Positions 61,576-64,000 of a DNA stretch of 64,000 bases are shown here, in pieces. The translations under genes were made by a program, and so were the position numbers. The notes below the pieces were generated by a model. It saw nothing but the letters and a program-made list of their open reading frames with translations. It did not search any database and was not told where the DNA came from. Positions within the stretch are counted from its first letter, which is position 1. Every line of letters begins with the position of its first letter. The DNA is taken from contig CAWDSS010000010.1 of assembly GCA_963805065.1 (NCBI GenBank), forward strand, positions 275,696-339,695, given 5' to 3'. The stretch is from Candidatus Omnitrophota bacterium. GTDB taxonomy: Bacteria; Omnitrophota; Gorgyraeia; Gygaellales; Profunditerraquicolaceae.

Positions 61576-62754
61576 TTATAAACGAGCTGCCTGTTTCTTT
61601 AAAGCTGCTGTTTTATCTATCCTCTCCCAGCTAAACTCCGGCTCCATCCTGCCAAAATGCCCGTAACAAGCGGTTTTCCTATATATAGGACGCAATAAAT
61701 CCAGAGTTTTAATTATACCTTTAGGCGTAAGGTCAAAATTCTCACGGATAAGTTTTATAAATTTATCTTCTGCCAATTTGCCCGTGCCGAAAGTATCCAC
61801 ATAAATAGATAGCGGTTCGGCATGGCCAATAACATAGGACAATTGCACCAATAATCTTTCTGCCAGCCCCGCAGCGACCATATTCTTGGCTACATAACGG
61901 CAGATATAGGCTGCCGAACGGTCCACTTTCGTAGGGTCCTTGCCTGAGAAAGCACCACCCCCATGGGGAACGGTTCCGCCGTAGGTATCTACGATTATTT
62001 TTCTTCCGGTCATGCCGGTATCTGACTGCGGCCCGCCAATCACAAACTTTCCTGTCTGATTGACATAATATTTTGTATTCTTATCTACAAGGCCTTTTAA
62101 TACGGGCTTGGCAATTGCTTCAATCATCTCATTGCGCGCCTTGGCGGTAATGTGCTTACCCGTGTTATCCAGTATATCCTCGGTATGCTGACAGGCCAGG
62201 ACTATGGAATCAATGCGCTTAGGCTTATTGTTTTCGTACTCTACCGTTACCTGGGATTTACAATCCGGCCCCAGATACTTTAAAATATTCTGCCTGCGCA
62301 CATCTGCCATACGCTTTACTAATTTATGCGCCAGCATGATGGGAAGAGGCATAAATTCTTCGGTTTCTAAACAGGCATACCCGAACATAATGCCCTGGTC
62401 TCCTGCCCCGCCGGTATTAACGCCCTGGGCTATATCCGGAGACTGGCTATTGATTGTATTAACGATTGCGCAGGTTTCATAATCAAACCCGTATTTTGGG
62501 TGGGTGTAGCCTATTTCCTTAATAATCCCGCGCGCCATCTTTTGTATATCAACATAGGCATTGGTCGTAATCTCTCCGCCTACTATCAAAAGCCCCATTG
62601 TAACGTAAGTCTCGCAGGCTACCCTGCATTTTTCCTTATTATTATCGCGGGATAATACCTGATCCAATACCGAATCGGATATCTGGTCGCATACTTTGTC
62701 AGGATGGCCCTCTCCGACTGATTCAGATGTAAAAAAATGCTTGCGTGCTGCCAT
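61576..62754 (-). CDS. metK: S-adenosylmethionine synthetase
   Basis: 392 aa: [46 protein letters not shown]. Confidence 0.95.
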   Translation of the reverse strand: MAARKHFFTSESVGEGHPDKVCDQISDSVLDQVLSRDNNKEKCRVACETYVTMGLLIVGGEITTNAYVDIQKMARGIIKEIGYTHPKYGFDYETCAIVNTINSQSPDIAQGVNTGGAGDQGIMFGYACLETEEFMPLPIMLAHKLVKRMADVRRQNILKYLGPDCKSQVTVEYENNKPKRIDSIVLACQHTEDILDNTGKHITAKARNEMIEAIAKPVLKGLVDKNTKYYVNQTGKFVIGGPQSDTGMTGRKIIVDTYGGTVPHGGGAFSGKDPTKVDRSAAYICRYVAKNMVAAGLAERLLVQLSYVIGHAEPLSIYVDTFGTGKLAEDKFIKLIRENFDLTPKGIIKTLDLLRPIYRKTACYGHFGRMEPEFSWERIDKTAALKKQAARL

Positions 62755-62769
62755 TAATCCTCCTTATTA

Positions 62770-63510
62770 TTAGCTGGCGAACTTCTTGATAGCTTCGTGA
62801 TAAAATTTGTAATCGCCTATATCAAACCAAATGCCCTTAAACACACAACCATAAACCGGCACCCTGTTTCTTAGCCAATCTATATACAAGCCTGTGGCAT
62901 CGTGAATTTTCGCTTTATTATTGAGATACTCCTTCATCAGCGTTAATTTCTTTCCGGGGAAAAAATAAAGGCACATGGCTACCAATTTTGATTTGGGCTT
63001 AGCGGGTTTCTCCTGGAAATCAATCACTTTGTGTTCTTTGTCCAGCTTGAGAACCCCGTATTTTTTCGCATTAATTTTATTTTTGATATTATAAACACCT
63101 ATCACCGGATTCGGGTATTTATCCTGAGCTAAGGCAACAAAATCTTTTAAGCTTGCGTCAAACAGGTTATCGCCCCCGATTACAATCAAGTCGTCTTTGA
63201 TGCGTTTATTCTTTATAGCAAAATGCATATCGCCTATGGCACCGCGCCTATCCGAGAGGCTTTTCGTCAAATCATCAACCAGGGTTATTTTTTTGCCGGC
63301 CTTAATACTCCTCGCCCACTTTCTAAAATGAGGTATAAATTTGCTGTTGGTTATTACGATTATCTCGTCAATTTCTTCGATTGGCTTAAGCTTATCAATA
63401 ATATAATCAATAATCGGCCTTTTGCCTAACTTAAGGAGCGGCTTAGGATAATCCTTGGTTAAAGGGTAAAGCCTCGTAGCATATCCTGCTGCTAAGACTA
63501 ATGCCTTCAT
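62770..63510 (-). CDS. sugar-1-phosphate nucleotidyltransferase
   Basis: 246 aa: KALVLAAGYATRLYPLTKDYPKPLL, of the RmlA/GalU-type N-terminal fold. Substrate not assignable. Confidence 0.7.
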   Translation of the reverse strand: MKALVLAAGYATRLYPLTKDYPKPLLKLGKRPIIDYIIDKLKPIEEIDEIIVITNSKFIPHFRKWARSIKAGKKITLVDDLTKSLSDRRGAIGDMHFAIKNKRIKDDLIVIGGDNLFDASLKDFVALAQDKYPNPVIGVYNIKNKINAKKYGVLKLDKEHKVIDFQEKPAKPKSKLVAMCLYFFPGKKLTLMKEYLNNKAKIHDATGLYIDWLRNRVPVYGCVFKGIWFDIGDYKFYHEAIKKFAS

Positions 63511-63514
63511 TGAG

Positions 63515-64000
63515 CTATGCTAAAATCTCTTTTAATTTAAGCTTGGTGTATTCTTCTACCTCGGTTCCGGTAGAAAGCTTAAGTACGGCTTGGGCAATTT
63601 CCTGCGCCTGTTTAAAAGTCAGCGACCGTATTATATACTTTAATTCAGGAATTACTTGCGGAGGAATACTGAATTCATCCAGGCCCATGCCCAAAAGTAT
63701 CAGCGCCAGGTTCTGCTCGCTGGCCATTTCACCGCACATGCCTACCTTTATTTTGTCCCTGTGCGCAACATCAATGATATTCTTAATCAGCCTTAACACC
63801 GCAGGGTGTGCCGGCTCATACAGATAAGCCACCTTTTCATTCGCCCGGTCAACTGCCAAGGCATACTGGATTAAGTCATTCGTACCAATACTAAAAAAAT
63901 CCGCCTGTTTTGCCAATATGTCTACGGTCATGGCAGCTGATGGTACTTCTATCATCGCGCCCACCTCGATATCTTCATTATAAGCAATGCCCTTGCTCTT
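63515..64000 (-). CDS. ptsI: phosphoenolpyruvate-protein phosphotransferase (PTS enzyme I), C-terminal part; gene continues beyond window end
   Basis: MIEVPSAA...FFSIGTNDLIQYALAVDRANEKVAYLYEPAHPAVLRLI...VGMCGEMA. The frame stays open to position 64000. Confidence 0.8.
   Translation of the reverse strand, partial: KSKGIAYNEDIEVGAMIEVPSAAMTVDILAKQADFFSIGTNDLIQYALAVDRANEKVAYLYEPAHPAVLRLIKNIIDVAHRDKIKVGMCGEMASEQNLALILLGMGLDEFSIPPQVIPELKYIIRSLTFKQAQEIAQAVLKLSTGTEVEEYTKLKLKEILA

Overview
This is an AT-rich bacterial chromosomal segment, roughly 38-40% GC by eye. About 75 protein genes sit on the minus strand and one on the plus strand. The gene content points to a diderm, probably anaerobic, uncultivated-type lineage. 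It includes the lipid A/outer-membrane block lpxI-lpxA-lpxC/fabZ fusion-lpxD-skp-bamA, then dnaB, rplI-rpsR-ssb-rpsF, pth, rplY, prs, glmU, spoVG, ispE and a split transketolase. Further along are hisG, a four-subunit pyruvate:ferredoxin oxidoreductase, pncB, ccdA, rmuC, malQ, pilD, aroE, leuA-ilvC-ilvN-ilvB-ilvD, fba, pfkA, ahcY and metK. No rRNA genes, CRISPR array, transposase or integrase were seen.

The unusual material is almost all non-coding:
1. At 3.9-9.5 kb a co-oriented cluster holds tRNA-Lys, archease, rtcB, serS and three tRNA-Ser genes. Each tRNA-Ser is followed by a trailer hairpin that pairs with its own acceptor 3' end, and then by a tandem array of ~32-nt covarying hairpin units.
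2. Two tRNA-like gene fragments (a Ser-like 5' half and an Arg-like 3' part) are each interrupted by a homologous 62-63-nt twin-hairpin module.
3. Several other structured repeat families occur: long GC-rich hairpins with 19-20-nt terminal inverted repeats, a conserved two-hairpin 5' leader shared by two operons, a GGGGACG terminator family, and a reused terminator in a small cassette-like islet.
4. A very AT-rich AlbA_2/Schlafen-like gene is bracketed by GC-rich structured DNA.
5. There are seven frameshifts, concentrated in ilvB (5), ilvD (1) and bamA (1).

All functional calls rest on recognisable motifs in the supplied translations. No database search or covariance-model scan was possible.
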